Assembly (NCBI GenBank): GCA_015065105.1
Contig: SVQZ01000006.1
Location: forward strand, 28,274 to 92,273
Direction: 5' to 3'
DNA length: 64,000 bases
Origin: Oscillospiraceae bacterium
GTDB taxonomy: Bacteria; Bacillota; Clostridia; Oscillospirales; CAG-272
Notes under the pieces: generated by a model
What the model was told of the DNA's origin: nothing
What the model saw: the letters and a program-made list of their open reading frames with translations, nothing else
Database searches by the model: none
Shown: positions 26,655 through 37,032 of the stretch, in pieces
Layout: each line of letters begins with the position of its first letter
How positions within the stretch are numbered: position 1 is the first letter of the stretch
Position numbers and translations under genes: made by a program

Positions 26655-27293
26655 ATGAAAAGCTATAAAAATACAGTGATTTTCGGAGACAGCTATTCGA
26701 CCTTTCTGGGCTATATTCCCGAGCATTATGCCGCCTTTTATTGGCAGGACCCTACCCCTCACGGTGTAAGCAGGGTGGAGCAGACCTGGTGGTATCAGTT
26801 AATGAGTGAGACAGGCTCAAAGCTTATACTTAACGACAGCTGGTCGGGCTCGTGTATATGCCATACGGGCTATGACGGCGAGGACTGCAGCGAGACCTCC
26901 TCCTTCGTTTTCCGTCTTGACAGACATATAAAAAACGGTTTTTTCGAGAAAAACCGCGTGGATACGGTCTTTGTTTTCGGAGGCACAAACGACAGCTGGT
27001 CGGGGGCGCCCTTGGGTGAATTGCAGTATTCAAATTGGGAAAAGAGCGATCTTTACAAAACTCTTCCCGCAAGCTGTTATTTTATGGACAGAATAAAAAA
27101 GGCCTGTCCCGATGCCGAGGTGATCTGGGTGATAAACGACGGCTTGAAAGAAAAGCTCACCGGGGATACCGTAAAAGCCTGTGAGCATTACGGTATAAAT
27201 TGCATACTCCTCGAAAATATCGATAAGCTCCCCGATCATCCCACCCCGAAGGGAATGATACAGATAAAGGAGCAGATAATCAATAATCAGTAA
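26655..27293 (+). CDS. SGNH/GDSL-family hydrolase
   Basis: VIFGDSYS block I near the N-terminus, GGTND block III, DHPTPKG near the C-terminus (block V-like). Confidence 0.75.
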   Translation: MKSYKNTVIFGDSYSTFLGYIPEHYAAFYWQDPTPHGVSRVEQTWWYQLMSETGSKLILNDSWSGSCICHTGYDGEDCSETSSFVFRLDRHIKNGFFEKNRVDTVFVFGGTNDSWSGAPLGELQYSNWEKSDLYKTLPASCYFMDRIKKACPDAEVIWVINDGLKEKLTGDTVKACEHYGINCILLENIDKLPDHPTPKGMIQIKEQIINNQ

Positions 27294-27296
27294 TTC

Positions 27297-27482
27297 CCAA
27301 AGCGGCAAGTTGCCGCACCCAAATCCGCTCCATTTCTTGGTGCAAACAACTCACACGAAATGAAGCAATTTCCTGTAAATCAAAAAAACGGGTGCCGGGC
27401 GCACCGAATTCCGCCCCAATCTTTAGCGATTAACCGATTCTTCGATCTCACGAGGCGGAGCAATTTCCTATATATTAAAAAA
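27297..27482 (-). repeat. two copies (body types B and C) of the intergenic repeat family, inverted orientation
   Basis: The reverse complements read GATTTACAGGAAATTGCTTCATTTCGTGTGAGTTGTTTGCACC...GGGTGCGGCAACTTGCCGCTTT (27297-27387) and AATATATAGGAAATTGCTCCGCCTCGTGAGATCGAAGAATCGGTTAATCGC...CGGTGCGCCCGGCACCCGTTTTTTT (27388-27482). Confidence 0.85.
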
Positions 27483-27515
27483 CAGGAGGTATGGCCGAAA
27501 ATCGACCATACCTCC
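27477..27515 (-). terminator. rho-independent terminator of the GH18 gene
   Basis: Minus strand: ggaggtatgg-tcgattttcgg-ccatacctcc followed by tgtttttt. Confidence 0.75.
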
Positions 27516-27539
27516 CGCTTTATCTTTTCTGCTTTCGCA

Positions 27540-29891
27540 TTATTCTACAGTTACGGTGTAATAATTATAGCTTTCATCGTCGTACTGTACGCAGAAGGTA
27601 TAAGTGCCTGCAGACTTAAGTTCAACGCTGAGAAGTCCGTTTACGACCTTGTCGGCCTTGATGGCTACAGAGCCGGGCGCCGCCTTTATCTGTGCGGAGG
27701 TCGTATATTCGCCCTTTGCATAACGGACTACCTTTAAGCCGTCAAGCTCACCGAATGTAACAACGTTGTCATTCTGCGTGAAGCTTGGCGTCTTTTGGAG
27801 GATATCTGTTACGTATATCTTGGTGTAGCCGTTTTCATAGCATACCGCTACTGTCACCCTGCCGTTTTCCCTGTACTGGATGGTGTATTCGTCAACACCC
27901 TTAAGCACTCCCTTTGCGGTGAAGGCGCGGGAGCCCTCGGCTGCCTTTATCTGTGCACCCGACTTGTATTCTCCGTAGGCGGTACGTATAACCTTGATGC
28001 CTTCAAGGTTAGATACGGTAAGCTGAAGTCCGTTACTTGAGAAGGCGGGCTCGGTGACGTTGATATCAACGTAGAGGAAAAGGCTTTCTCCGTTGTTTGT
28101 GCGCAGGAGAACCGTATGCTCTCCGCCTGCGGGGAGGGTATAGCTGTAGCTTTTTGCGCCGTTGATTTTTGCGGAGGTAAGACGTACCGTTTTATTTGCG
28201 TTTACGTCTGTATAGTTGTCAAAATGCCCCTTTGCTATAAAGATATCCTTTATGTCTTCGGGAATGTTGGAGATCGTTACCGAAGCACCCTCGGCGCTTA
28301 CCGATACGGCAGGATCCTCAATTACGACCCTGTTCGTGAAGGATCTTGTGTCGCTCATGGTTATGATCACGGTGTAGGTGCCGGGCTCTTCAAAATATAA
28401 TGAGAAAATTCCGTCATGGATATATTCGGAGAGCATATCCCCTTCGAGAGCAGTTCCTCCTGCCGCTATAAGGGCGTCCGCTGTCATATAGCTGCCCTTG
28501 CCGTATGCGGCCTTTACGATGTTTGCCGCCTCTGTGAAGCTTACTGTGTTACCGTCAACGGTCATTGAGGGCGGAGTTACCGTTATTAATTTCGGTATGG
28601 CACGGCTCTCGTATTCGTTACAGCGCGTGCAATAGCGTCTTTCCTCGCCGTCCGCCTTGAAGGTTGCGGCGGTATGAAGCTCCCATTCCCCGTAGCTGTG
28701 GCCGTTCTGACAGGGGGAAACGTAGTATTTGTCGAGCCATGTACGCATACTGTCATAAAGGCCGATGCCGTCGGCGGTACAGTAGTCAAAGACCATAATT
28801 CCGCGTACCCTTTCCTCGCCGACTATCCTGCATTTTATCTCGACCGACTGCTGGTCATCGTAGGAAAGGAACACTCCGCTTGAGGGGTTGTAAACGTAGG
28901 GTGCCTGGGAAGCGGGATCCCAATAACGGGTAAAGCCGTTTTTGTTTACGTATCTTGCGAGAATATCTGTTAAATGAAGGTTGGACTCATCAATGGTGCC
29001 CTTCTGGAAAAGACCGTTGTTTACGTTGGGGACACCCGACCAGCGGCGGGAATAAAGTCCGCAGCCGGGTACTATCTTATCTGCGGGGATGCCGTTCTGA
29101 AGATAGAGCTGAATGTCACCGTAAACGCTTCCGTTGATATAACCGAGCTGGCTGTTATCGTAGGGAGGGGTATGGTGGTGGGTATAGGGCTGGTTTATAT
29201 AGAGGTCATAGTTCATTATGTTGAAATAGTCAACGTAATTTGCAAGCTCGTTCATTTTGAAAAGGCTGAATGCCCAATGAGTGCCCGGAACTGCCATGGA
29301 AAGGATATACTCCTTACCGTTAGAAGCGGAAAGTGCATCGAACTTTTCTCTCATTCTCTGCATAAAGTACACGAAATTAGTCTTCATGTTGTTTGAATCC
29401 GAGGGGAACTCATAGTCGATATCGAGACCGTCAAAGCCGTACTTTGTGATGATGCTTACCATTTCCGAGGCAAGCTTTTCCGCATGAGTCTTATTATAGA
29501 ACCAGCTCTCGAAATCGTTGATATTTCCGTTGGCAACCGTGAATACGAACTTGATGTTCGGGTTCTGCGCCCTTGCGGTGCTTCTGATACTTGCCATTTT
29601 CGAGGAATAGCTGTGGGTGATGATAGAGCCGCTTGAGGGGTTGGTCATTGCGTTTGCTACTACCGTTGCGGGATGGTAGTTTAAAACGTCGATACCCGAA
29701 AACTCATAGGATACCACCTGAGAGGCGTTGTAATAAGCCACTAAAAGGGGCTTGGTCGATGCGGTAAGGGCTTCTTCTTTCATTTCAGAGCTCTCCTTTT
29801 CGGGCGGAATTTCGTTATCTGCCATGGCGGCGGCAGGTAAAAGCATGGCAAAAACAAGGACCATGGACAAAAGCGAAACTAATCTTTTCAT
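27540..29891 (-). CDS. secreted glycoside hydrolase family 18 (chitinase-like) protein with C-terminal repeat domains
   Basis: 783 aa with a signal peptide. GH18 catalytic motif FDGLDIDYEFP. The C-terminal ~350 aa holds repeated Ig-like segments (e.g. VIRTAYGEYKSGAQIKAA / VVRYAKGEYTTSAQIKAA). Confidence 0.85.
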   Translation of the reverse strand: MKRLVSLLSMVLVFAMLLPAAAMADNEIPPEKESSEMKEEALTASTKPLLVAYYNASQVVSYEFSGIDVLNYHPATVVANAMTNPSSGSIITHSYSSKMASIRSTARAQNPNIKFVFTVANGNINDFESWFYNKTHAEKLASEMVSIITKYGFDGLDIDYEFPSDSNNMKTNFVYFMQRMREKFDALSASNGKEYILSMAVPGTHWAFSLFKMNELANYVDYFNIMNYDLYINQPYTHHHTPPYDNSQLGYINGSVYGDIQLYLQNGIPADKIVPGCGLYSRRWSGVPNVNNGLFQKGTIDESNLHLTDILARYVNKNGFTRYWDPASQAPYVYNPSSGVFLSYDDQQSVEIKCRIVGEERVRGIMVFDYCTADGIGLYDSMRTWLDKYYVSPCQNGHSYGEWELHTAATFKADGEERRYCTRCNEYESRAIPKLITVTPPSMTVDGNTVSFTEAANIVKAAYGKGSYMTADALIAAGGTALEGDMLSEYIHDGIFSLYFEEPGTYTVIITMSDTRSFTNRVVIEDPAVSVSAEGASVTISNIPEDIKDIFIAKGHFDNYTDVNANKTVRLTSAKINGAKSYSYTLPAGGEHTVLLRTNNGESLFLYVDINVTEPAFSSNGLQLTVSNLEGIKVIRTAYGEYKSGAQIKAAEGSRAFTAKGVLKGVDEYTIQYRENGRVTVAVCYENGYTKIYVTDILQKTPSFTQNDNVVTFGELDGLKVVRYAKGEYTTSAQIKAAPGSVAIKADKVVNGLLSVELKSAGTYTFCVQYDDESYNYYTVTVE

Positions 29892-30048
29892 AAAGTTTAC
29901 CTCCGTAACAGATACAAGCGGGCGCCTGCCCGCGGTGATTTGGGCGCGGATCTTACCTGAAACAGCTTTGTTTTAATGCCTTAAGCAAAGCAGTTTCCTC
30001 TGACATAAAAAATCATAACATAATTTGTTCATAATGTCAAATAAAATA

Positions 30049-30077
30049 TTGAAAAACGATAAATTTTATGATATAAT
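30049..30077 (+). promoter_or_regulatory. consensus-like sigma-A promoter
   Basis: TTGAAA (30049-30054), 17 nt, TATAAT (30072-30077). Confidence 0.55.
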
Positions 30078-30139
30078 ATATAAGTATTCTTAACATACAG
30101 AACATTTTTTTGATTTTAAGCATTGTAAAGGAGAAATTT

Positions 30140-32800
30140 ATGATGAATAAGAGAATTGCCGTTTGGCTGCTTGTCTTTTCTCTTGTATTGAGCGCAATGC
30201 CCTTCGGTGTAAGCGCCGCAAGAGAAGGTGCTGTAAACAGCGGGGAATTGCTGAGCGCCGCCAAGGGATACGCATGGGACGTACTTGTTACCATGGGACA
30301 GAAGGAAAACACCCTTATCTTTACCTGGACCACAAACGGTGACGGAAACGAAAGGGTTGAGATAGCCGAGGCATCAAAGATGACCGACGGAAATTTCCCG
30401 AAGGAGTTTCAGAGCTTTGCGGCGGTTGACGTAACTGCCGAGATATCCTCTGCGACAGCCCCGGACCTTAAGCCTGATACGAAATACTGCTACAGACTTG
30501 CAAATTCCTATAATAATTATTCCGAGATATTCTACGTTACCACAAGAAAAGCGGATAACGAGTTCTCCTTCCTTCTGGCGGGCGACCCCCAGATAGGTGC
30601 GAGCGGAGACGTTGTTGACACAAGAGTGTGGGGCGTTACCCTTGAAAAATCGAAGGAGTGGTTCGGAGACAGCATAGAATTTCTGATAACTGCGGGCGAC
30701 CAGGTAAACAACGCTCCCGTTGAATCTCAGTATGACGGCTTCAGCGACCCCGAGGAGCTTCGCTCTCTTCCTCTTATCACCACCCCCGGTAACCATGATA
30801 ATTACACAGGCTCGAAATACAGCGATCATTTTATCCACGAGGACGTAGATCCCCTCACCCTTTCGGACGCAGGCGAGCTTGGCGGAGACTATTGGGTTGC
30901 TTATGACGGCACCATCATTATGTCGCTCAACATGAACAATTCAAGCTATTCTCTCCACCGTCAGTTCATGGAGAATGCTATTGCGGAATATACCGAGCAG
31001 TACGGCGAACCCAATTGGAAGATAGTTACCTTCCATCAGTCGCTTTTCTCTGCGGCATCCGGCCGCTGGGAGGAGGCTTCGCGCCGTAACTCTCTTGCTC
31101 CCATTCTCTCCGATCTCGGCATCGATGCGGTGCTTATGGGTCATGACCATATCTACACCAGAGCATATATGATGGACGGTATAAAGCCTGTGACCGACGA
31201 AAGCAGATACGTTGCGGTAGGAGAGGACAAGTACGGCTCGGTGGTTGATCCCGCCGGCTCTGAGGTCTTCTATATCACTGCAAACTCCGCTTCCGGCTCC
31301 AAGTTTTACGATATGGCATCGGAGGAGGTTCCTTACGCTGCCGTTGCAAATCAGGAGCATACCCCCAATATAACAAAGATCGACGTGACCTCCGATTCTA
31401 TGGTATTTACCACCTACAGAAGCTCGGCAGGAAACGAGCTCGGCGATATCGTTGACTTTTTCGCTATCCGTAAGAGCACCGATACCGACCGTCACGCTCC
31501 TACCCTGACAGCTCCCGAGACCACCTATTACGCAACCAATAAGGATTACGATATCATGTACGGTATCAGAGCCTACGATAACGTTGACGGCGATCTTACC
31601 GATAAGATAGAGGTTACGGGCAGTCTCGATCCCATGTCCGAATCTGTTATCACATATACGGTAACCGATAAGGCGGGCAACGTGACCAAGGTCGAAAGAC
31701 TCATGATCCCCTACAGTATGCAGGATCCCGTTACCCCCGATTCCGAATGGAAATATCTTGACGACGGTTCGATCCCCTTCACAAGCGACGAGGATCTTTC
31801 CTGGACTCTCGACAGCTTTGACGATTCGTCCTGGAAGAGCGCTTCCGGCCCCTTCGGTGCAAGAGACGGTATGATAGACGAGCATGACGGCATTGTTCCC
31901 AATACTCTTATCTCGCAGTATTTCCCCGAGGGAAGCGAGGACGAGGGAATAAATATTCCCACCTTCTTCTTCAGAAAGAGCTTTGACGTAAAGGATCCTG
32001 AAAACATAAGCATCATCGGTGCGAATTTCTTCTTTGACGATGCCGTTGAGATATATATCAACGGAGTTCTTGTTTCCGATTACAATACCGCTGTTGTAAT
32101 GGAAAAGAGCGGATACAGTAATCAGGAGTCGGACGGCGATGCCGCACCGGGCGCCTTCAAGCTTACCGGTAAGGACTATATCAGATCTCTGGGTCTGAAG
32201 GAAAGCGGTAACGTTATCGCGATTTGTCTCTATCAGTCATCTATATATTCGGATGATATATTCTTCTATATGGACTCTCTCTATCTCGGCTGTACCCCCG
32301 AGGGTATGCCCTTTACCGACGTTCCTGCAGACGAATGGTATTACGGTGCCGTTGCCCGCGCATATAGCGAGGGACTTGTATTGGGTACATCAGAGACTAC
32401 CTTTGCCCCCCGCGCAACCATGTCAAGAGCGGCGGTATGGACGGTGCTTGCAAGGATCAACGGCGCCGATATCACCTCTGCCCCCGGCGAGAAATGGTAT
32501 GAGGGCGCAAGACGCTGGGCAATGGAAAACGGTGTTTCTGACGGAACCAACCCCGCAAATCCCATCAACCGCCAGCAGTTTGCAAAGATGCTTCACAGCA
32601 TGAAGGGTTCCCCCGAGGCGCAATACTGTATTGCAGACTTTGCGGATAAGAACGAGGTTGCCGACTGGGCGCTCGATTCTATGAATTGGGCTGTGTCATC
32701 GGGACTTATCACAGGCAGAAACGGTACGCACCTTGCTCCCAAGAGCAGTGCTTCAAGAGCCGAGGCCTGTACCATTCTTTTAAGATACATCGACAACTGA
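30140..32800 (+). CDS. cell-surface calcineurin-like metallophosphoesterase with C-terminal SLH domains
   Basis: Start reset to ATG 30140 (AAGGAG upstream). Signal peptide present. Phosphoesterase motifs GDPQIG, AGDQVN, GNHD, GHDHIYTR. The C-terminus FTDVPADEWYYGAVARAYSEGLVLGTSETTFAP... is an SLH repeat. Confidence 0.8.
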   Translation: MMNKRIAVWLLVFSLVLSAMPFGVSAAREGAVNSGELLSAAKGYAWDVLVTMGQKENTLIFTWTTNGDGNERVEIAEASKMTDGNFPKEFQSFAAVDVTAEISSATAPDLKPDTKYCYRLANSYNNYSEIFYVTTRKADNEFSFLLAGDPQIGASGDVVDTRVWGVTLEKSKEWFGDSIEFLITAGDQVNNAPVESQYDGFSDPEELRSLPLITTPGNHDNYTGSKYSDHFIHEDVDPLTLSDAGELGGDYWVAYDGTIIMSLNMNNSSYSLHRQFMENAIAEYTEQYGEPNWKIVTFHQSLFSAASGRWEEASRRNSLAPILSDLGIDAVLMGHDHIYTRAYMMDGIKPVTDESRYVAVGEDKYGSVVDPAGSEVFYITANSASGSKFYDMASEEVPYAAVANQEHTPNITKIDVTSDSMVFTTYRSSAGNELGDIVDFFAIRKSTDTDRHAPTLTAPETTYYATNKDYDIMYGIRAYDNVDGDLTDKIEVTGSLDPMSESVITYTVTDKAGNVTKVERLMIPYSMQDPVTPDSEWKYLDDGSIPFTSDEDLSWTLDSFDDSSWKSASGPFGARDGMIDEHDGIVPNTLISQYFPEGSEDEGINIPTFFFRKSFDVKDPENISIIGANFFFDDAVEIYINGVLVSDYNTAVVMEKSGYSNQESDGDAAPGAFKLTGKDYIRSLGLKESGNVIAICLYQSSIYSDDIFFYMDSLYLGCTPEGMPFTDVPADEWYYGAVARAYSEGLVLGTSETTFAPRATMSRAAVWTVLARINGADITSAPGEKWYEGARRWAMENGVSDGTNPANPINRQQFAKMLHSMKGSPEAQYCIADFADKNEVADWALDSMNWAVSSGLITGRNGTHLAPKSSASRAEACTILLRYIDN

Positions 32801-32813
32801 AAGCGAGATCAAA

Positions 32814-35468
32814 ATGATTATGAGAAAATACATTTCGGCCGTATTGATATCTGCCATCCTTCTTTTGAGCATTCCCTTTACCGCTTCGGCTGATACGGGG
32901 CCCACCTACAGCGATTCATACCCTACGGTTGGCATAAAATACGGGGATGACGTTATAATCACCCCCATGCAGAGCGAAAATTCATATTATATAACCTGGG
33001 AATCGGATCTTTCGGGAAATGACAGAGTGCAGTACATAAAGAAAAGCGAGGCTGTGAACGGAGCATTCCCCGAGAACGCTCTCACGGTATCCGCATATAA
33101 GCTCAGTCAGCAGAGATATACCGCAGAGCTGAAAGATCTCGAGGCTGATACCGAATACCTTTACCGTGTGGGAAGCGGAGAAAACAACTGGTCGAAGGCT
33201 TATCCCCTGAACACATACGCCAAGGACAAGAGCTTTTCCTTCCTTTTCGGCGCAGACCCCCAGATAGGTACACACCCCGGTATGGATACAAGAGCCTGGG
33301 GAAATTCCATGGGTAATATGATGGAATGGTTCGGCGGCGATATAGAATTCTTCATGAATGCGGGGGATCAGATAAACGAGTATGCAAGAGAGATAGAGTA
33401 TGACGTTTATAAGAGTCCCGGAGCGATGCGGAGCCTTCCCCAGATAGTTACCCCCGGCAACCATGACAACGGTTACGCTCATTCCGCTCATTTTATTTAT
33501 GAAAACGTTGACCAAAATACCTTGTCAGACGCAGGCAAATACGGAGGAGATTTTTGGGTACCCTATGACGGTGTACTTATATTAAGTCTTAATCTCAACA
33601 ACGAAAGTGCTGCTCTTCATATCGATTTCTGCGAAAAGGCAATAGCGGAATATACGGCTCTTTACGGTGAACCCATGTGGACCTTTGCGCTATTCCACCA
33701 GCCCTTTTATTCGGCAGGTGTGCGTGCAGAATATGACGAGACTATAGAATATCGTACCACCCTCGGTGCTGAATTTTCAAGACTTGGTGTGGATGCCGTT
33801 TTTAACGGACACGACCATACCTATACCAGAAGTTATATGGTTAACGGTACCGATATTAAGGACGATGCCTCCCTTTATACAGAGATCAACGGTGATAAAT
33901 ATGCGAGCTATCACAGTGTAGCTGACGGTGATACCGTTTATATTACCGGAAATTCCGCATCAGGCTCAAAATACTACGGCTCATACGAGCAGTATTTTTC
34001 CGCAAAGGCGCTTCAGGAGAACGTTCCTACCTTAACAAAGGTTGACGTTACCGAAAATTCTCTTGTGTTTACCACATACCGTACAGGCGAGCATAACGAG
34101 GCGCTGGATGTTTATGATTTCTTTGCCATCCACCGCGATGCAAGCTCGGACAATAATGCTCCGGTAATTATGGCTCCCGACGAGCTTAGATTTAACGCCG
34201 CTTATGCCGATACGGTTATTTCGAGAGTAATGGCATACGATGACACCGACGGCGATCTTACTGACGAAATGAAGACCGAGGGTAGTATCACTCCCTACGG
34301 TGAAGCACTCATCACCTTTACCGTTACCGATAAGGCCGGCAATACTGCCGCAAAAAAGGTGAAATTCATTCCTTACGGCTATGAGAATGTTTTCGGTGCA
34401 GAAAAGGAATGGAAATATCTTGACGACGGTTCTCTTCCCTTTGATGATGATACCGATCTTCGCTGGACGACAGACAGCTTTGATGACAGCCAATGGAAGA
34501 GCGGTATAGGAGCTTTCGGTGCTTATAACGGAGGACTTGAGGACTTTGATCCTGACGATCCTTTACCCAATACGCTTATTTCACAATATTTCCCCGAGGG
34601 CAGCGAGGACGAGGGGGTAAATATCCCCACCTTCTTCTTCAGAACCACCTTTGACCTTGCAGACCCTGATTCGGTTGAGCTTTTGGACTTTGATTTCAGA
34701 TATAATGATGCGCTCAATATCTATATCAACGGAGTGAACGTTATAAAGCATAACACCGAAAGCGTTTCAGGAAAGGGCGAATACTGTTTTGACGGCGCAC
34801 CCGAAACGGTGAGCTATGCAAAGCTTCGTGTGACCGATGAGGCTCTTATAGACTCCCTTGAGCTTCGCGAAAGCGGTAACGTTATAGCTGTTGATCTTTA
34901 TCAGTTCAGCATATATTCCGAGGATATATATTTCTGCATTGATGCCTTTAACGTTGGCATGGAGCGAAAAGCTCTCCCCTTTACCGACGTTCCTGCAGAC
35001 GAATGGTATTACGGTGCCGTTGCCCGTGCGTATAACGAGGGGCTTGTATTGGGTACATCAGAGACCACCTTTGCCCCCCGCGCAACCATGTCAAGAGCGG
35101 CGGTATGGACGGTGCTTGCAAGAATCGAGGGCGCGGATATTTCGGTAAATGAGGGCGAAAAATGGTATGAGGGTGCAAGGCGCTGGGCTATGGAGTCGGG
35201 AGTATCCGACGGAACGAACCCCACGGATCCCATCAACCGCCAGCAGTTTGCAAAGATGCTTCACAGTATGAAGGGAACACCCGAAGCCGAATATTGTATC
35301 GAAGGCTTTGCCGATAAGGATCAGGTTGCCGACTGGGCGCTCGATTCTATGAATTGGGCTGTGTCATGCGGACTTATCACAGGCAGAAACGGTACACACC
35401 TTGCTCCCAAGAGCAGTGCTTCAAGAGCAGAGGCTTGTACGATACTTTTAAGATATATCGATAATTGA
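32814..35468 (+). CDS. paralogous SLH-anchored metallophosphoesterase
   Basis: Same motif set (ADPQIG, AGDQIN, GNHD, GHDHTYTR). The C-terminal SLH region is nearly identical to that of the upstream gene. Confidence 0.8.
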   Translation: MIMRKYISAVLISAILLLSIPFTASADTGPTYSDSYPTVGIKYGDDVIITPMQSENSYYITWESDLSGNDRVQYIKKSEAVNGAFPENALTVSAYKLSQQRYTAELKDLEADTEYLYRVGSGENNWSKAYPLNTYAKDKSFSFLFGADPQIGTHPGMDTRAWGNSMGNMMEWFGGDIEFFMNAGDQINEYAREIEYDVYKSPGAMRSLPQIVTPGNHDNGYAHSAHFIYENVDQNTLSDAGKYGGDFWVPYDGVLILSLNLNNESAALHIDFCEKAIAEYTALYGEPMWTFALFHQPFYSAGVRAEYDETIEYRTTLGAEFSRLGVDAVFNGHDHTYTRSYMVNGTDIKDDASLYTEINGDKYASYHSVADGDTVYITGNSASGSKYYGSYEQYFSAKALQENVPTLTKVDVTENSLVFTTYRTGEHNEALDVYDFFAIHRDASSDNNAPVIMAPDELRFNAAYADTVISRVMAYDDTDGDLTDEMKTEGSITPYGEALITFTVTDKAGNTAAKKVKFIPYGYENVFGAEKEWKYLDDGSLPFDDDTDLRWTTDSFDDSQWKSGIGAFGAYNGGLEDFDPDDPLPNTLISQYFPEGSEDEGVNIPTFFFRTTFDLADPDSVELLDFDFRYNDALNIYINGVNVIKHNTESVSGKGEYCFDGAPETVSYAKLRVTDEALIDSLELRESGNVIAVDLYQFSIYSEDIYFCIDAFNVGMERKALPFTDVPADEWYYGAVARAYNEGLVLGTSETTFAPRATMSRAAVWTVLARIEGADISVNEGEKWYEGARRWAMESGVSDGTNPTDPINRQQFAKMLHSMKGTPEAEYCIEGFADKDQVADWALDSMNWAVSCGLITGRNGTHLAPKSSASRAEACTILLRYIDN

Positions 35469-35469
35469 A

Positions 35470-36612
35470 ATGAATTTATTTAAGAAGCTCATACCCTACC
35501 TTCTGATAGCGGCGGTCCTTGTCTCGGTGTTTGCGGTATGGAAAACGAATCCGATAGATTACGAAAGAGGTAATTCCGAAACCATCTCCTATCTGAAGGC
35601 GAAGGTGCTTTCGGTAAACTCGCAGAGTCTTGAGGAATCCGAGGGACTTCCGGGCAGAATGAAGGGCGAACAGAATATAACGGTACGCTTTACCTCGGGC
35701 AAGCTCAAGGGCCGTGAGGTCACCCTTGACAATATGTTAAGCGAGGAGCATTCGGTGGAGGTCGCGAAGGGAACGAAGATAATCGTTAAATGCGATACTC
35801 CCGAAAACGTTACCCCCTATTATACCGTTTACGAGTATGACAGAACGGTGGGTATCATTGCGGCTCTTGCAGTATTCCTTGTGCTTATCGTCCTTGTGGG
35901 ACGCTCAAAGGGTCTGAAGGCGGCTCTGGCGCTCTTTGTTTCGGTCGTCCTTATTGCAGGCGGTATGCTCCCCCTTCTGTATAACGGAAAGAGCGCGGTG
36001 GCTGTAACCTTCGTTATCTGTTTTGTTATAACCATGGTGACCTTGCTTTTGCTCAACGGCTTCAGCGCAAAGACCTGGGTGGCTATACTCTCAACTCTTA
36101 TAGGACTTTTTGCTTCGAGTGTATTTTATATCTTAATGGAGAGCATACTCTCTTTGACAGGCTATTCCCTTGACGAGACCCCCGATCTTATTATGATAAC
36201 GAGACACACGGGCCTGAAGCTGAGCGAGATACTCTTCTCGGGAATACTTTTATCATCTCTCGGAGCGGTAATGGATACGGCAATGTCCATTGCCTCCTCG
36301 CTCTTTGAGATACTTTCGGTAGAACCGAAGATGAAGCAGAAGGAGCTTTTTGCTTCCGGTATAAACATAGGAAGGGATATGATAGGCACTATGTGCCAGA
36401 CCCTTATACTTGCCTTCACGGGAAGCTCTGTGGCCTTCCTTCTGGTCATGCTTTCGTATAACACCCGCTTTCATCAGTTCCTTTCCTCCGAATTTTTGGC
36501 GGTAGAGCTTTTGCAGGCATTGACAGGATCCCTTGCGGTAATTCTTACCGTACCCATAACGGCATACATATCTGCATCTGTCGGCAGAAAAATATTTAAA
36601 AGGAGTATGTAA
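35470..36612 (+). CDS. polytopic membrane protein, YibE/F-like
   Basis: 380 aa. One N-terminal TM, a ~100-aa extracytoplasmic segment, then ~6 TM helices. The family assignment is from overall architecture only. Confidence 0.45.
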   Translation: MNLFKKLIPYLLIAAVLVSVFAVWKTNPIDYERGNSETISYLKAKVLSVNSQSLEESEGLPGRMKGEQNITVRFTSGKLKGREVTLDNMLSEEHSVEVAKGTKIIVKCDTPENVTPYYTVYEYDRTVGIIAALAVFLVLIVLVGRSKGLKAALALFVSVVLIAGGMLPLLYNGKSAVAVTFVICFVITMVTLLLLNGFSAKTWVAILSTLIGLFASSVFYILMESILSLTGYSLDETPDLIMITRHTGLKLSEILFSGILLSSLGAVMDTAMSIASSLFEILSVEPKMKQKELFASGINIGRDMIGTMCQTLILAFTGSSVAFLLVMLSYNTRFHQFLSSEFLAVELLQALTGSLAVILTVPITAYISASVGRKIFKRSM

Positions 36613-37001
36613 TGAAAATGAAATTTATTTCGGTAATACTTTGTCTTATTCTCTCTCTTTCCCTTCTTTCGGCTTGTAAGGCGGGAGAAAAGGAGGATAT
36701 GCCGAAGGAAGAAAAACAGACCGAGGCAAAGGCGGAAAACGTTGATCCCGCCGACTTTTACGGTTGCTGGAAGTACGTAGAAAGCGACGAATGGATCGTG
36801 ATAGGCGAGGACGGTAACTTCGCTGTTTACGATGAATTTGAGGTGCTTATTACTCCCCGTCCCTATACCGTTACTCCCGACGGTCTTTATATCGACGTTA
36901 TGGATTTTCTTCTTTATTTTGATGACAGAGGTGTGCTCTGTACCGATGACGGTCTTGAAATGATGTTCAGTAAATTACCCGAAACGATATCGGAGGAATA
37001 A
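36612..37001 (+). CDS. small lipoprotein
   Basis: Lipobox LLSAC after a hydrophobic leader. 129 aa. Confidence 0.6.
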   Translation: MKMKFISVILCLILSLSLLSACKAGEKEDMPKEEKQTEAKAENVDPADFYGCWKYVESDEWIVIGEDGNFAVYDEFEVLITPRPYTVTPDGLYIDVMDFLLYFDDRGVLCTDDGLEMMFSKLPETISEE

Positions 37002-37032
37002 AACAATAATAAAAGCGGGCGCTTGCGCCCGC

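Noticed and set aside
27360-27737. 125-aa plus-strand ORF, and the 176-aa ORF at 59806-60336 (minus), sharing the peptide INRFFDLTR.SNFLYIKK.
   Set aside because: The shared peptide is just the translation of the type-C repeat and its head. Both ORFs otherwise overlap better-supported genes or tandem repeats in another frame.
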